In this document: positions 40,879-51,366 of the stretch, one piece after another | How positions within the stretch are numbered: position 1 is the stretch's first letter | Layout of the letters: each line of letters opens with the position of its first letter | From: Gemmatimonadales bacterium | GTDB lineage: Bacteria > Gemmatimonadota > Gemmatimonadetes > Gemmatimonadales > GWC2-71-9 | NCBI GenBank assembly: GCA_039794085.1 | Contig: JBDIWC010000014.1 | Span: 1-64,000, forward strand | Direction: 5' to 3' | Length of the DNA: 64,000 nt | Program-made: the position numbers and the translations under genes | The notes under the pieces: model-generated | The model's database searches: none | Seen by the model: only the letters and a program-made list of their open reading frames with translations | What the model was told of the DNA's origin: nothing

Positions 40879-41202
40879 CCTAAGCCGGCAGAGCCGGAAC
40901 CAAAGAGGCGTGTCGAGTTTTCGCGTGAGTTCCCCGGGGCTTTCGCCCCGGGCTCGGCGGCGAGAGGCCGTTCACACGGCCGGGTGTTCGTCTGGGCTGC
41001 CGGTGGCGTGAGCCACCTCCCCCGGCCGAGCAAGGGGCGTCAGCCCCGGGAAACGCCACTCGCCGGGTCACGGCGCACTCCGCGACGCGAAGGCACACAA
41101 GTTGAATACACTCCGAACCGCCGTCAAACGCAGTACCGGCGTGGGTTTCCGGGCGTCGGCCAAAATATTGTTGCCATTTTGTGTTCAAGCTTGTCCGTAA
41201 GG
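40879..41202. mobile_element. MITE-like non-coding element, copy B
   Basis: Same termini as 9624-9873; flanked on both sides by CTAYTCC heptamers. Confidence 0.6.
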
Positions 41203-41281
41203 AACTATTCCCTACTCCCCACTCCCCACCTATGATTGAAACAGTCCCATCCTTCCCCGCATCCTGTGGCCGGAGATCCCC

Positions 41282-43195
41282 ATGCCGACACCCCTGACCC
41301 GTCTCACCGAGCCCCTCGTCCGCGAGAACGGCCACCTCCGCCCCGCCACCTGGGACGAGGCCCTGGACCGTGCCGCCGGAGGGTTCCGGGCCGCCAAGGC
41401 CGCTCACGGCCCCGACGCCCTGGCCACCATGAGCTGCTCCAAGGCGAGCAACGAGGTGAACTACCTCGCCGCGAAGCTGACGCGGGTGGCCTTCGGGACC
41501 CACAACATCGACAGCTGCAACCGGACCTGACACGCTCCCAGCGTCGTCGGTCTGGCGACAGTGTTCGGAGCGGGCGGCGGAACCACCTCCTACCGGGAGG
41601 TGGAGGAGACCGATGTGCTCTTCCTCTGGGGCGCCAACGTCCGGGAGAACCATCCGATCTTCTTTCATCACGTCCTCAAGGCGATTCACCGGGGGGCCCT
41701 GCTCTATGCTGTGGACCCCCGGCGGACCTCCTCCGCCCAGTGGGCCGACGAGTGGCTCGGGGTGAACGTGGGCACCGACATCGTGCTGGCCAACGCGATG
41801 GCCCGGGTGATCATCCACGCGGGGCTGGAGAACCGTGCGTTCATCGATCGGGCCACGACAGGGTTCGACGCCTATCGCGCGTGTGTGGAGAGCTACACCC
41901 TGGAGTACGCCGAGCGGACCACCGGGGTCCCGGCCGACGTGATCGCCCGGGCCGCCCGCGCCTATGCCCGTGCCGACCGGGCGGTGATCTGCTGGACCCT
42001 GGGCATCACCGAACACCACAACGCGGTGGACAACGTACTCGCATTGATCAATCTCGCGTTGCTCACCGGGCATGTCGGTCGCTACGGGTCGGGGTTGAGC
42101 CCCCTGCGGGGCCAGAACAACGTGCAGGGCGGGGGCGACATGGGCGCCATTCCGAACCGCCTGGTGGGATTCCAGGACTGGACCACCGATCCCGCCATCC
42201 GGGCCAAGTTCGAAAAGGCATGGGGGGTGCCCCTGGTCCCGACGTACGGCAAGCACCTGTCGCAGATGTTCGAGGCGATGGAACACGGGGAACTCCGCGC
42301 GGTCTACGCGATCGGCGAGAACCCGGCGCGTTCCGAGGCCGACCAGGGACGGACCGAGCGCCTCCTCCAGGGGCTCGACCACCTGGTGGTGCAGGACATC
42401 TTCCTCACCCGCACCGCGGAGCTCGCGTCGGTCGTGCTTCCCGCCTCGGCCAGCTGGTGCGAGTCGGAGGGAACGGTGACCAGCAGCGAGCGGCGGGTGC
42501 AGCGGGTCCGCAAGGCACTCGATCCACCCGGCAACGCCCGGGATGATCGGTGGATCATCTGCGAGATCGCCCGGCGGCTCGGGCACGACTGGGGACACCC
42601 GAGTGCGGAGGAGGTGTGGAATGAGCTTCGAGCCCTGGCGCCGATGGTGGCGGGGATGACGTACGAACGGCTGGAGAAGGAGGGCGGGATTCAGTGGCCC
42701 TGCCCCGATGAGCAACACCCCGGGGAACTCTTCCTGCACCGACGGCTCTGGGCCGAACCCCGTGAGGGTCCGGCCGCACCATTCAGCGTGGTGGAACATG
42801 ACCCTCCGGTGGAGCTCCCCGACGCCCGATATCCCTTTCAGCTCACCACCGGGCGCCGGCTCGACTCGTACAACACGGGGGTTCAGTCGGGGGGATACAC
42901 CAGCCCGCTTCGGCGCGGGGAAACCGCCGACATCTCCCCCGAAGATGCCACCCGCCTCGGCGTGGAGGACGGGGACCTCCTCCGGGTGACCTCGCGCCGT
43001 GGCAGCGTGGTGGCCCCGGCCCGGATCGACACCAGTCTCCGTGCGGGCCTCGTCTTCATGACCTTCCACTTCCAGGAGGAGGTGGCGACCAACCTCCTCA
43101 CCATCGACGCGGTGGACCCGAAGTCGGGCACGGCCGAGTTCAAGGTGTGCGCCGTGCGACTGGAGCCGGTACACTCCCTCGCCGGAACGAGGTGA
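41282..43195 (+). CDS. fdhF: Formate dehydrogenase catalytic (Mo/W-bisPGD) subunit, selenocysteine-containing
   Basis: In-frame TGA 41528-41530 in NIDSCNRT-U-HAPS; PLRGQNNVQG; both ORF pieces are in one frame. Confidence 0.92.
41531..41575 (+). promoter_or_regulatory. Bacterial SECIS element
   Basis: After UGA: CACGCUCC CAGC GUCGUC-GGUCU-GGCGAC AGUGUUC GGAGCG hairpin with apical GGUCU. Confidence 0.75.
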
Positions 43196-43196
43196 C

Positions 43197-45059
43197 ATGG
43201 ATCTTCGCTTTCACGACACTCCTCCCACCGATGCCGAACGCGAGGCCGTCGACGCCTTCCTGGGTGAGCCGCCCGACGGGTGGACCGGCGGCCCCCGGGA
43301 GGCGCGCGATGCCCACACCGCCGCGGGGGGGCAGGACGCGCGCGACCAGCGGCACCTGCTCCTCCCCGTGCTGCATGCGGTCCAGGAGCGGGTGGGGTGG
43401 ATCAGCCCCGGCGCGCTGAACCACATCTGCCGCCGGCTCACCGTTCCTCCCGCCGACGCGTGGGGGGTCGCCACGTTCTACGCCCTCTTCCCCACGACGG
43501 AACGGCCCCCGCGGGTGGTGCACGTCTGTGACGACATCGCCTGCCGGGATCGAGGGGGCGAGGCGCTGTGTGCAGCGCTGGAAAAGGAGGTGGGACCAGC
43601 CGGCGCCGTGATCCCCGACGCCAACGCCACCTGGATGCGGAGCCCCTGCCTCGGCCTCTGTGACCACTCTCCCGCGGCGTTCCTGACCCAGGCGGGTACG
43701 GAGCCCCTGGAGCGGTTGGCCGGTCCGATCACCACCGGTGACGTCGTGTCGATGGTGCACCATGGACCCGATGCCCCCCTGCCGGAACGCGTTCCCATTC
43801 CCCAGGCGGGCGATCCCACCCTCCGGCTCCTCCGCCGCGTCGATGTGGCGGACCCGACCAACCTGGACGAGTACCGGGCTCACGGCGGATACGCGCCCCT
43901 GCGGCGCGCCCTGACTCTGGGCCCGGTGGGCGTGATCCGCGAGGTGACCGAATCGAAACTGGCGGGACGGGGCGGCGCCGCCTTCCCCACCGGCCGCAAG
44001 TGGGATGCGGTGGCTCGTCAGCCCGCGCGTCCGCATTATGTGGTGTGCAACGCGGACGAGTCGGAGCCCGGCACCTTCAAGGATCGGGTGCTGATGGAGG
44101 GCGACCCGTTCGCGGTGATCGAGGCGATGACCATCGCCGCCTTCGCCACGGGAGCGGAACAGGGCTTCATCTACCTTCGCGGGGAGTACCCGGTGGCGCG
44201 GGAGCGGCTCCACCATGCCATCGACACGGCCCGGGATAGAGGGTTTCTGGGAGACGGGATTCTGGGCACGGATTTCTCGTTCGACATCGAGATCCGCAAG
44301 GGGGCCGGCGCCTACATCTGCGGCGAGGAAACGGCGATCTTCAATTCAATCGAGGGCTACCGCGGCGAACCGCGCAACAAACCTCCCTTCCCCGTCGAAT
44401 CGGGCCTCTTCGGATGCCCGACCCTGATCAACAACGTCGAGACCCTGGTCAACGTGCTCGAGGTGCTCCGCATCGGCGGTCCCGCCTACGCGACGATCGG
44501 CACGCGCGGTTCCACCGGCACCCGCCTATTCTGCCTCTCCGGATCGGTGACCCGGCCCGGGGTGTACGAGGTGGAGCACGGAACCACGCTTCGTGATCTC
44601 GTCACCCGGGCCGGTGGCGTGGCCGATGGTCGCCCCCTGCAGGCGATTCTCCTCGGCGGGGCCGCCGGGAGCTTCGTCACCCCGGCCGATCTCGATCTTC
44701 CCCTCACCTTCGAGGATGTCCGGACCGCGGGTGTGACCCTCGGCTCGGGTGTGGTGATGCTGTTCGACGACCGGGCGGACCTGCCCGCGACCCTGGCCCG
44801 GATCGCCGCGTTTTTCCGCGATGAATCGTGCGGGCAGTGCGTCCCCTGCCGGGTGGGAACGGTGCGACAGCAGGAAGTGCTGGCTCGCCTCGCCGTGGGA
44901 CGACCCCACGGCTCTGTGGCCACCGAACTCGTCCTTCTCGACAACATCGCCCGGGCCATGAAGGACGCCTCGATCTGCGGCCTGGGCCAGACCGCGGCCA
45001 ACGCGGTGGAATCGGCGATCACACGGCTCGGTCTCTACCGGACGGAGAGTGCCTCATGA
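43197..45059 (+). CDS. NAD-linked diaphorase subunit, NuoE-NuoF-like fusion
   Basis: GVATFY, CDDIAC, CLGLC; GRGGAAFP, NADESEPG, GAGAYICGEET, ESCGQCVPCR. Confidence 0.92.
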   Translation: MDLRFHDTPPTDAEREAVDAFLGEPPDGWTGGPREARDAHTAAGGQDARDQRHLLLPVLHAVQERVGWISPGALNHICRRLTVPPADAWGVATFYALFPTTERPPRVVHVCDDIACRDRGGEALCAALEKEVGPAGAVIPDANATWMRSPCLGLCDHSPAAFLTQAGTEPLERLAGPITTGDVVSMVHHGPDAPLPERVPIPQAGDPTLRLLRRVDVADPTNLDEYRAHGGYAPLRRALTLGPVGVIREVTESKLAGRGGAAFPTGRKWDAVARQPARPHYVVCNADESEPGTFKDRVLMEGDPFAVIEAMTIAAFATGAEQGFIYLRGEYPVARERLHHAIDTARDRGFLGDGILGTDFSFDIEIRKGAGAYICGEETAIFNSIEGYRGEPRNKPPFPVESGLFGCPTLINNVETLVNVLEVLRIGGPAYATIGTRGSTGTRLFCLSGSVTRPGVYEVEHGTTLRDLVTRAGGVADGRPLQAILLGGAAGSFVTPADLDLPLTFEDVRTAGVTLGSGVVMLFDDRADLPATLARIAAFFRDESCGQCVPCRVGTVRQQEVLARLAVGRPHGSVATELVLLDNIARAMKDASICGLGQTAANAVESAITRLGLYRTESAS

Positions 45060-45991
45060 CCGGCTTCGTGCAGATCGCCCCACCCCGCCGCCTGGTGACC
45101 CTGACCGTGGATGACCAGCAGGTACAGGTCCCCGAAGGGAGCACCCTTCGCGACGCCTGTGAGCTCGCCGGGAAGGCGATCCCCACCCTCTGTTACATCG
45201 AGACGCTGCATCCGGTCAACGTCTGCCGCATCTGTGTTGTGGAGGTGGAGGGATCCCGGGTGCTCGTCCCCTCCTGTTCCCGCCACGCCGAGGAGGGGAT
45301 GGTGGTGCGGACCGACTCGGACCGGGTGCGGCACAGCCGGCGCATGGTCCTCGAGTTTCTCGGCTCGTCCGTGGACCTCTCGACGGCGCCCGGGGTGGCC
45401 GACTGGATGGCCGAGTACGGAGCCGATCCCGATCGGTACGGTCCCGCCGCGGCTCCGGCCGCCGCCAATGGCCGGGATCATCTCCCGCCCGGACATCATC
45501 ATCCACCCGATCCCGCGCACCGGGCCACGGTGGCCCAGCCGGTCAAGGTGGACAACGAGCTCTATGTCCGCGACTACGGCAAGTGCATCCTCTGCTACAA
45601 GTGCGTGGAGGCGTGCGGGGAGGACGCCCAGAACACCTTCGCGATCGCGGTGGCGGGCCGCGGGTTCGATGCCCGGATCTCCACGGAGTTCGCCGTGGAG
45701 CTCGGCGACTCCGCGTGCGTGTACTGCGGCAATTGCGTGGCGGTCTGCCCCACGGGAGCCCTCATGGGTGTGGCGGAGTTCGAGCATCGCCAGGCCGGCA
45801 CCTGGGACGAATCGGCCCAGACCGTCACCCGAACGGTGTGTCCCTACTGCGGCGTGGGGTGCAACCTGGAGCTGCATGTGCAGAACAACGAGATCGTGAA
45901 GGTGACCTCGCCGGTGGACCACGACGTGACGTCGGGGAATCTCTGCATCAAGGGCCGGTTCGGCTGGCAGTATGTACAGAATAGGACATAG
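45056..45991 (+). CDS. Formate dehydrogenase Fe-S subunit (2Fe-2S, 2x4Fe-4S, Fe4S4 domain)
   Basis: IPTLC, CRICVVE, CILCYKC, CVYCGNC..CP, CPYCGVGC...LCIKGRFG. Confidence 0.9.
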   Translation: MTGFVQIAPPRRLVTLTVDDQQVQVPEGSTLRDACELAGKAIPTLCYIETLHPVNVCRICVVEVEGSRVLVPSCSRHAEEGMVVRTDSDRVRHSRRMVLEFLGSSVDLSTAPGVADWMAEYGADPDRYGPAAAPAAANGRDHLPPGHHHPPDPAHRATVAQPVKVDNELYVRDYGKCILCYKCVEACGEDAQNTFAIAVAGRGFDARISTEFAVELGDSACVYCGNCVAVCPTGALMGVAEFEHRQAGTWDESAQTVTRTVCPYCGVGCNLELHVQNNEIVKVTSPVDHDVTSGNLCIKGRFGWQYVQNRT

Positions 45992-46019
45992 GACATAGGA
46001 CATAGGACGTAGGACGTAG
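45982..46019 (+). repeat. Heptamer array (TAGGACR)n
   Basis: taggacataggacataggacataggacgtaggacgtag; supplies the stop codon of the upstream gene. Confidence 0.85.
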
Positions 46020-46073
46020 CGGCGCCTCATGGGACGCCCTGAAAATCGGGAACGGCCCGTAGGCCGGGGGGCG

Positions 46074-46997
46074 TCAACCCGCGGTGATGCGTTCCGGGCC
46101 GCTGTATACCGTCAACCGGTCTCCCCGGGCGAAGCCGACCAGGGTCAGGCCCGCCTCGGTCGCCAGGCGCACCGCGAGCCCCGTCGGTCCCGAGATCGCG
46201 GCCAGGAGGGGTGCGCCGAGCAGGGCGGCCTTCTGTACCATCTCGAAGCTGGCCCGGCTCGTCACCACCACGAATCCTTCCGCAGTGTCCAAGTCCGCTC
46301 GCAGGACCGTCCCGACCAGCTTGTCGAGGGCGTTGTGTCTCCCGACATCTTCCCGCGCCAGAAGGATGGAGCCATCCCGGGCGGCCCAGCCCGCGGCGTG
46401 CACCGCACCGGACGCCCGGTTCAGCACCTGATAATCGCCGAGTTCCTTGAACGCGCGGTTGATCGCGGCAGGAGAGATGGGGGTTCCCTCCGGCACCCGA
46501 TGTACCGGCCGGACCACGGCGGCGATGCTGTCGGCGCCGCAGATCCCGCACCCGGTCCGACCGGCGAGGCGACGGGTCCGGCCGGCGATGACAGTTTCGC
46601 ACGACTCGGTCACCGTGACGTTGAGTTCCACACCCTGACTGTACTTTTCCACGCGTACGTCGAGGAGATCGTGCCGGGACGGAATCAACTCCTCCGTGAT
46701 GCTGAAGCCAAGGGCAAAGTCCTCCAGATCCTTCGGCGTGGCCATCATGACCACATGCGGAATCCGGTTGTAGACGATGGCGACCGGTGTTTCCTCGATC
46801 ACCTCCTCGGACACGGAGGTACCGACCCCGCCGACCCACCGTGTGGCGGGCACGGTGACAAGTTCCCCACGGTGGTCAGGAATGCTCCGCCGGGATGGGG
46901 CAGGAGCGGGTCCAGGCATGGAGGTATCGTCCGCCGATGGCATGATCGTTCCGGATCCGGTTCCCTCAATCATAGCCCCACGACCGGTCCCGGTCAC
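46074..46997 (-). CDS. fdhD: Formate dehydrogenase accessory sulfurtransferase (start uncertain)
   Basis: MATP.DLEDFALGF, GCGICG, EDVGRHNALDKLVG, TSRASFEMVQK. Confidence 0.95.
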   Translation of the reverse strand: MTGTGRGAMIEGTGSGTIMPSADDTSMPGPAPAPSRRSIPDHRGELVTVPATRWVGGVGTSVSEEVIEETPVAIVYNRIPHVVMMATPKDLEDFALGFSITEELIPSRHDLLDVRVEKYSQGVELNVTVTESCETVIAGRTRRLAGRTGCGICGADSIAAVVRPVHRVPEGTPISPAAINRAFKELGDYQVLNRASGAVHAAGWAARDGSILLAREDVGRHNALDKLVGTVLRADLDTAEGFVVVTSRASFEMVQKAALLGAPLLAAISGPTGLAVRLATEAGLTLVGFARGDRLTVYSGPERITAG

Positions 46998-47578
46998 GCC
47001 GTGTCGCGCGACAGGTCGAAGAGATGCATCGCCGCGAACGCACTGGGAAAGGTCTCCGTGGACATGGTTCCATCCCGGTGTTCAACCGTGACGGTCACCG
47101 TGACCGGTCGCCGCGGGGAGGGCTCCGAGGATGGCTCACGTGACCCCGTCGGCGAGAGGTACTCGACAATGGCCTCCGCGGTGACCCCCGCTTCCCGCAG
47201 GCTCTCCGCCGCCATCCCCCTCTCCGCGCGGAGCAAGGCAAGCACCAGGTGCCCAGTCCCGAGAAGGGTGTGTTCGAGTTCACGGCAGGCCACCACCGCC
47301 CGTTCGATCGCCTGTTGTGCCCCGGCCGTGTAGGGAAGGTCACTCAGCCGACTTGCACCGGGGTTTCCCGGAGGCGCCCGTTCCTCCAGGACCCGACGCA
47401 ACGCACCGCAGTCGATCGCGAGCCGGTCGAGAATGACCCGTGCGTCGCATTCGTCCTGGCGCAGAATCCCGAGCAGAATGTGATGGGTATCGACGGCGGG
47501 GTGAAAGAGGCGGCTCGCCTCCTCTCGTGACGCCTGAACGGCTCGTCGAACGGTGCGGGTGAAGGAGACGTCGTTCAT
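46994..47578 (-). CDS. Stand-alone Clp protease N-terminal domain protein
   Basis: FT......A..EA..L.H..V...HILLG and LPYT...EL.H..LGTGHL.LALL repeats. Confidence 0.8.
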   Translation of the reverse strand: MNDVSFTRTVRRAVQASREEASRLFHPAVDTHHILLGILRQDECDARVILDRLAIDCGALRRVLEERAPPGNPGASRLSDLPYTAGAQQAIERAVVACRELEHTLLGTGHLVLALLRAERGMAAESLREAGVTAEAIVEYLSPTGSREPSSEPSPRRPVTVTVTVEHRDGTMSTETFPSAFAAMHLFDLSRDTA

Positions 47579-47650
47579 GCCGATTCCCCCCGGCGGGGGG
47601 GGGAGGGGCCCTACCCCCTCTCCCCCACTCCCTATTCCCTGTTGTTTCCA

Positions 47651-47724
<74 letters not shown>

Positions 47725-47808
47725 GCACTCCTGCGGAAGCAATGCACAATAGCGGCCTCCGGGGCCGGAGGCAAGCCTCCCGCCCCGGACAGGGTGGCCG
47801 TCACCCGA

Positions 47809-48006
47809 TCACTCGTCCTCGTCGAGGTCGTCGAGATCGTCCTCGTCCTCGTCGTCGAGATCGTCCTCATCCTCGTCGTCGAGATCGTCCTCGTCCTCGT
47901 CCTCCTCGTCATCGTCGTCAAAACTGAACCCGTCGTCCTCAAACTCATCGTCGTCGAAACTCCGACGCATCTCGAGCTCATCCAACGACGCCTGCCAGGC
48001 CGACAT
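47809..48006 (-). CDS. Small highly acidic (Asp/Glu-rich) protein
   Basis: GGAGGAG RBS before ATG; 65 aa with DDEDEDDL repeats; follows typA. Confidence 0.7.
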   Translation of the reverse strand: MSAWQASLDELEMRRSFDDDEFEDDGFSFDDDDEEDEDEDDLDDEDEDDLDDEDEDDLDDLDEDE

Positions 48007-48092
48007 GTTGCTCCTCCACGCGTGGTGTGGTGTTGAACGCCCCTCTTCCCGTTCCTGCCCCGGGACCGTTCCCGGGATCTTCAGCCGACGCG

Positions 48093-49940
48093 TCAGGACG
48101 CGTCCGCCACCCGGGCCGCCCGGGCCGCCTTCTTGCGGTCATTGGCCTGGAGCACCCGCTTGCGCAGGCGGATCCGCTCCGGGGTGACCTCGATCAGTTC
48201 ATCTCCCTCGATGTACTCCAACGCGTACTCCAGGGTGATCTGCCGGGGGGTTTCCAGCATCACGTTGTCGTCCGAGGCGGTGGTTCGCATGTTGGTGAGC
48301 TTCTTCTCCTTGCTCACGTTCACGTCCATGTCCTCGGGGCGGCTGTTTTCGCCCACGATCATCCCCTCGTACACCGTGATCCCCGGCGCCACGAACATCT
48401 GGGCCCGTTCCTGCAGGTTGCCCAGCGCAAAGGCGACCACCGAGCCCTCCCGATCCGCCACCAGCACCCCCCGCTTCCGCCCGCTCAGGGGACCGGCCCA
48501 GGGACCGTATTCCAGGAACCGGTGGTGCATCATGCCGGTGCCACGGGTGTCGGTCAGGAACTCCGACCGATATCCGAAGAGGCCCCGGGCCGGAACCTTG
48601 AACGTCATACGAACTGTACCCAGTCCCTGGTTTCGCATCTCCGACATTTCGGCCCGGCGGGGGCCCAGCTTTTCCATGACCGCCCCCATGTACTCCTCGG
48701 CCACGTCTACGGTCAGTTCCTCGTACGGTTCCAGGCGTTCTCCCCCCGGGCCCTCCCGGGTAATCACCCGGGGCCGGGACACCTGGAACTCATATCCCTC
48801 CCGCCGGATGGTCTCCATCAGGATGCCAAGATGCAGTTCCCCGCGCCCCGACACGGTATGGGTGTCGGGAGAGTCGGTTGGCTCCACCCGCAACGCCACA
48901 TTGCGTTCCAGTTCCCGGAAGAGCCGGTCCTTGAGCTGGCGGCTGGTGACGTACTTGCCCTCGCGGCCGGCAAAGGGCGAATTGTTGACGATGAAGTCGA
49001 CCGAGATGGTCGGCTCCTCGACCGCGATTCCCTCCAGGCGCTCCGGGGTACCCGGGGCGGTGATGGTCTTGCCGATCTCGATGCCTTCGAAGCCGGCCAG
49101 CACCACGATGTCCCCCGCGGAGGCCTCGTCCACTTCCACCTTGGAAAGCCCGTCGAAGGTGAACAGCTTGGTGATCCGGCTCCGCTCGATCTCCTCCTCA
49201 GCCACGAGACCGGGCGTACCCAGAGGGAGCAGGGCGACGGGATCTCCCACCCGCACCCGTCCCCGTTCGATCCGTCCAATGGCCATTCGGCCGAGATAGG
49301 CCGAAAAGTCCAGTGTGGAGATGAGCATCTGGAACGGCCCCTCGGGGTCTCCCTGGGGAGCCGGGATGTGCGTCAGAATCGTTTCGAAGAGCGGGCTCAG
49401 GTCGGTCCCGGGCTGGTCGAGATCCGCGGTGGCCGTCCCCGCGCGGCTCGACGTGTAGAAGAACTGGGCGTCGAGCTGGTCGGAGGTCGCCTCCAGGTCC
49501 ATGAAGAGCCCGAGGACCTCGTCGTGCACCCGGTGCGGTTCGGCGTCCCCCCGGTCGATCTTGTTGATGGCCACGATTGGCTGTAGACCAAGAGCCAGCG
49601 CCTTCCGGGTGACGAACCGGGTCTGCGGCATCGGGCCCTCGGCGGCATCCACCAGGATCAGCACCCCATCCACCATCCGCAGAATCCGCTCCACCTCGCC
49701 CCCGAAGTCGGCATGGCCGGGGGTGTCGACGATGTTGATCTTGGTGTCGCCCCAGTGGACCGAGGTGTTCTTGGCGAGAATGGTGATCCCGCGTTCCTTT
49801 TCCAGCGGGTTGGAATCCATCACCCGCTCCTCCACCTGCTGGTTGGCCCGAAAGGCCCCCGCCTGGCGAAGCATCTGGTCGACCAGGGTCGTCTTCCCGT
49901 GGTCCACGTGGGCGATGATGGCAATGTTCCTGATACGCAC
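48093..49940 (-). CDS. typA: Translational GTPase TypA/BipA
   Basis: [40 protein letters not shown]. Confidence 0.97.
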   Translation of the reverse strand: MRIRNIAIIAHVDHGKTTLVDQMLRQAGAFRANQQVEERVMDSNPLEKERGITILAKNTSVHWGDTKINIVDTPGHADFGGEVERILRMVDGVLILVDAAEGPMPQTRFVTRKALALGLQPIVAINKIDRGDAEPHRVHDEVLGLFMDLEATSDQLDAQFFYTSSRAGTATADLDQPGTDLSPLFETILTHIPAPQGDPEGPFQMLISTLDFSAYLGRMAIGRIERGRVRVGDPVALLPLGTPGLVAEEEIERSRITKLFTFDGLSKVEVDEASAGDIVVLAGFEGIEIGKTITAPGTPERLEGIAVEEPTISVDFIVNNSPFAGREGKYVTSRQLKDRLFRELERNVALRVEPTDSPDTHTVSGRGELHLGILMETIRREGYEFQVSRPRVITREGPGGERLEPYEELTVDVAEEYMGAVMEKLGPRRAEMSEMRNQGLGTVRMTFKVPARGLFGYRSEFLTDTRGTGMMHHRFLEYGPWAGPLSGRKRGVLVADREGSVVAFALGNLQERAQMFVAPGITVYEGMIVGENSRPEDMDVNVSKEKKLTNMRTTASDDNVMLETPRQITLEYALEYIEGDELIEVTPERIRLRKRVLQANDRKKAARAARVADAS

Positions 49941-50031
49941 GATACGTCCAATCTGGGGCCTGCTCGCAGGGGGCACACTGCCCCATGTCCTTGGCGGGCC
50001 ATATATAGGGGCCGGAGGCCCGGAATTCAAG

Positions 50032-51363
50032 TCATGACCACGCGGGTCGGGGCCCGCGAACGCGGACCGCCTCGGCGTGTCCCTCCAGTCCTTCGGCCGT
50101 GGCCAGGGCGATGATCGCTCCGGAATCCCTGGCCAGACGTTCCGGGCTGTATCGTACCACACTGGTCCGGGTCACGAAATCGTAGACGCCGAGCGGGGAG
50201 GCGAACCGCGCCGTCCCCCCGGTGGGTAGCACATGGCTGGGTCCGGCCACATAGTCACCCACCGGCTCCGGCGTGTGGTGACCCAGAAAGACCGCCCCGG
50301 CATGCCGGATCTGCTCCAGCACCCGTTCCGGCTCCCTGGTGACGATCTCCAGGTGTTCGGCCGCACGGGCGTTTGCCACCTCGATCGCTTCGGCGAGCGT
50401 TTCCGCCACCACCAGCACGCCGTTCCGCTCCAGCGCCACCCTCGCGATGGAGGCCCGGGGCGCGGTGGCCAGGGCTCGCCCCACGGCGGCCGGCAGGGCT
50501 GCAGCGAGTGCCGGAGACGTGGTGACACACCAGCAGGAGGCGTCCTCGTCGTGCTCGGCCTGGGCGATGAGGTCGCGGGCGGTGTGGTCCGGGTTGGCTG
50601 AATCGTCGGCGAGGATGAGGACCTCGGTGGGGCCGGCGATCATGTCGATTCCCACGACCCCCACCACCTGGCGTTTGGCCTCGGCCACCCACTTGTTCCC
50701 GGGCCCCACCACCTTGTCGACTCGAGGGACCGTCTCCGTTCCCAAGGCGAGCGCCGCCACCGCCTGGGCCCCGCCAATCCGGAAGACCCGGGTGACACCG
50801 GCCAGGGCGCAGGCGGCGAGGACGGCATCGGTCACCCCGGCGGGCGGAACCACGGCGATGATCTCTCCGACCCCGGCCACCCGGGCCGGGACCGCGTTCA
50901 TGATCACCGACGAGGGATACGAGGCCTTGCCCCCGGGCACGTACAGGCCCACCCGGTCGAGTGGCCGCACCCGCATGCCGAGGAGGGTGCCATCTTCCTC
51001 CCGGAGCATGAAGCCGGTTTCAACCTGGTGACGATGGAAGGTTTCCACGCGGAGGACCGCCAGCTCAAGGGCTTCCCGCAGGGGAGCCGAAAGCCGGTGG
51101 AGGGCCTCGTCCCAGGCCGCGCGGGGAATCTCCCACTCCCCGGGGTTCAGGTCCACGCCGTCGAACCGGGCGGTGAGCGCCCTCACGGCGGCGTCCCCCT
51201 GCTCCCGAACCTGGTGGATGATGTGGGTGACCCCGGCCACCACCTCGGGGGCCGGTAGCGCCCCCGCCGGGAGGAACGGCGTCACCCGGTCGACCGGCGG
51301 AACCTGGACGGTCCGCAGGGGAACCGGGGTTCCCTCCCCTGCCACCGTGGCTGTACCCTTCAT
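50032..51363 (-). CDS. hisD: Histidinol dehydrogenase (start uncertain)
   Basis: [35 protein letters not shown]. Confidence 0.96.
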   Translation of the reverse strand: MKGTATVAGEGTPVPLRTVQVPPVDRVTPFLPAGALPAPEVVAGVTHIIHQVREQGDAAVRALTARFDGVDLNPGEWEIPRAAWDEALHRLSAPLREALELAVLRVETFHRHQVETGFMLREEDGTLLGMRVRPLDRVGLYVPGGKASYPSSVIMNAVPARVAGVGEIIAVVPPAGVTDAVLAACALAGVTRVFRIGGAQAVAALALGTETVPRVDKVVGPGNKWVAEAKRQVVGVVGIDMIAGPTEVLILADDSANPDHTARDLIAQAEHDEDASCWCVTTSPALAAALPAAVGRALATAPRASIARVALERNGVLVVAETLAEAIEVANARAAEHLEIVTREPERVLEQIRHAGAVFLGHHTPEPVGDYVAGPSHVLPTGGTARFASPLGVYDFVTRTSVVRYSPERLARDSGAIIALATAEGLEGHAEAVRVRGPRPAWS

Positions 51364-51366
51364 GAT

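Noticed and set aside
41282..41530. Separate 82-aa ORF or fdh pseudogene
   Set aside because: The TGA aligns with the Sec/Cys ligand and is followed by a SECIS-like hairpin
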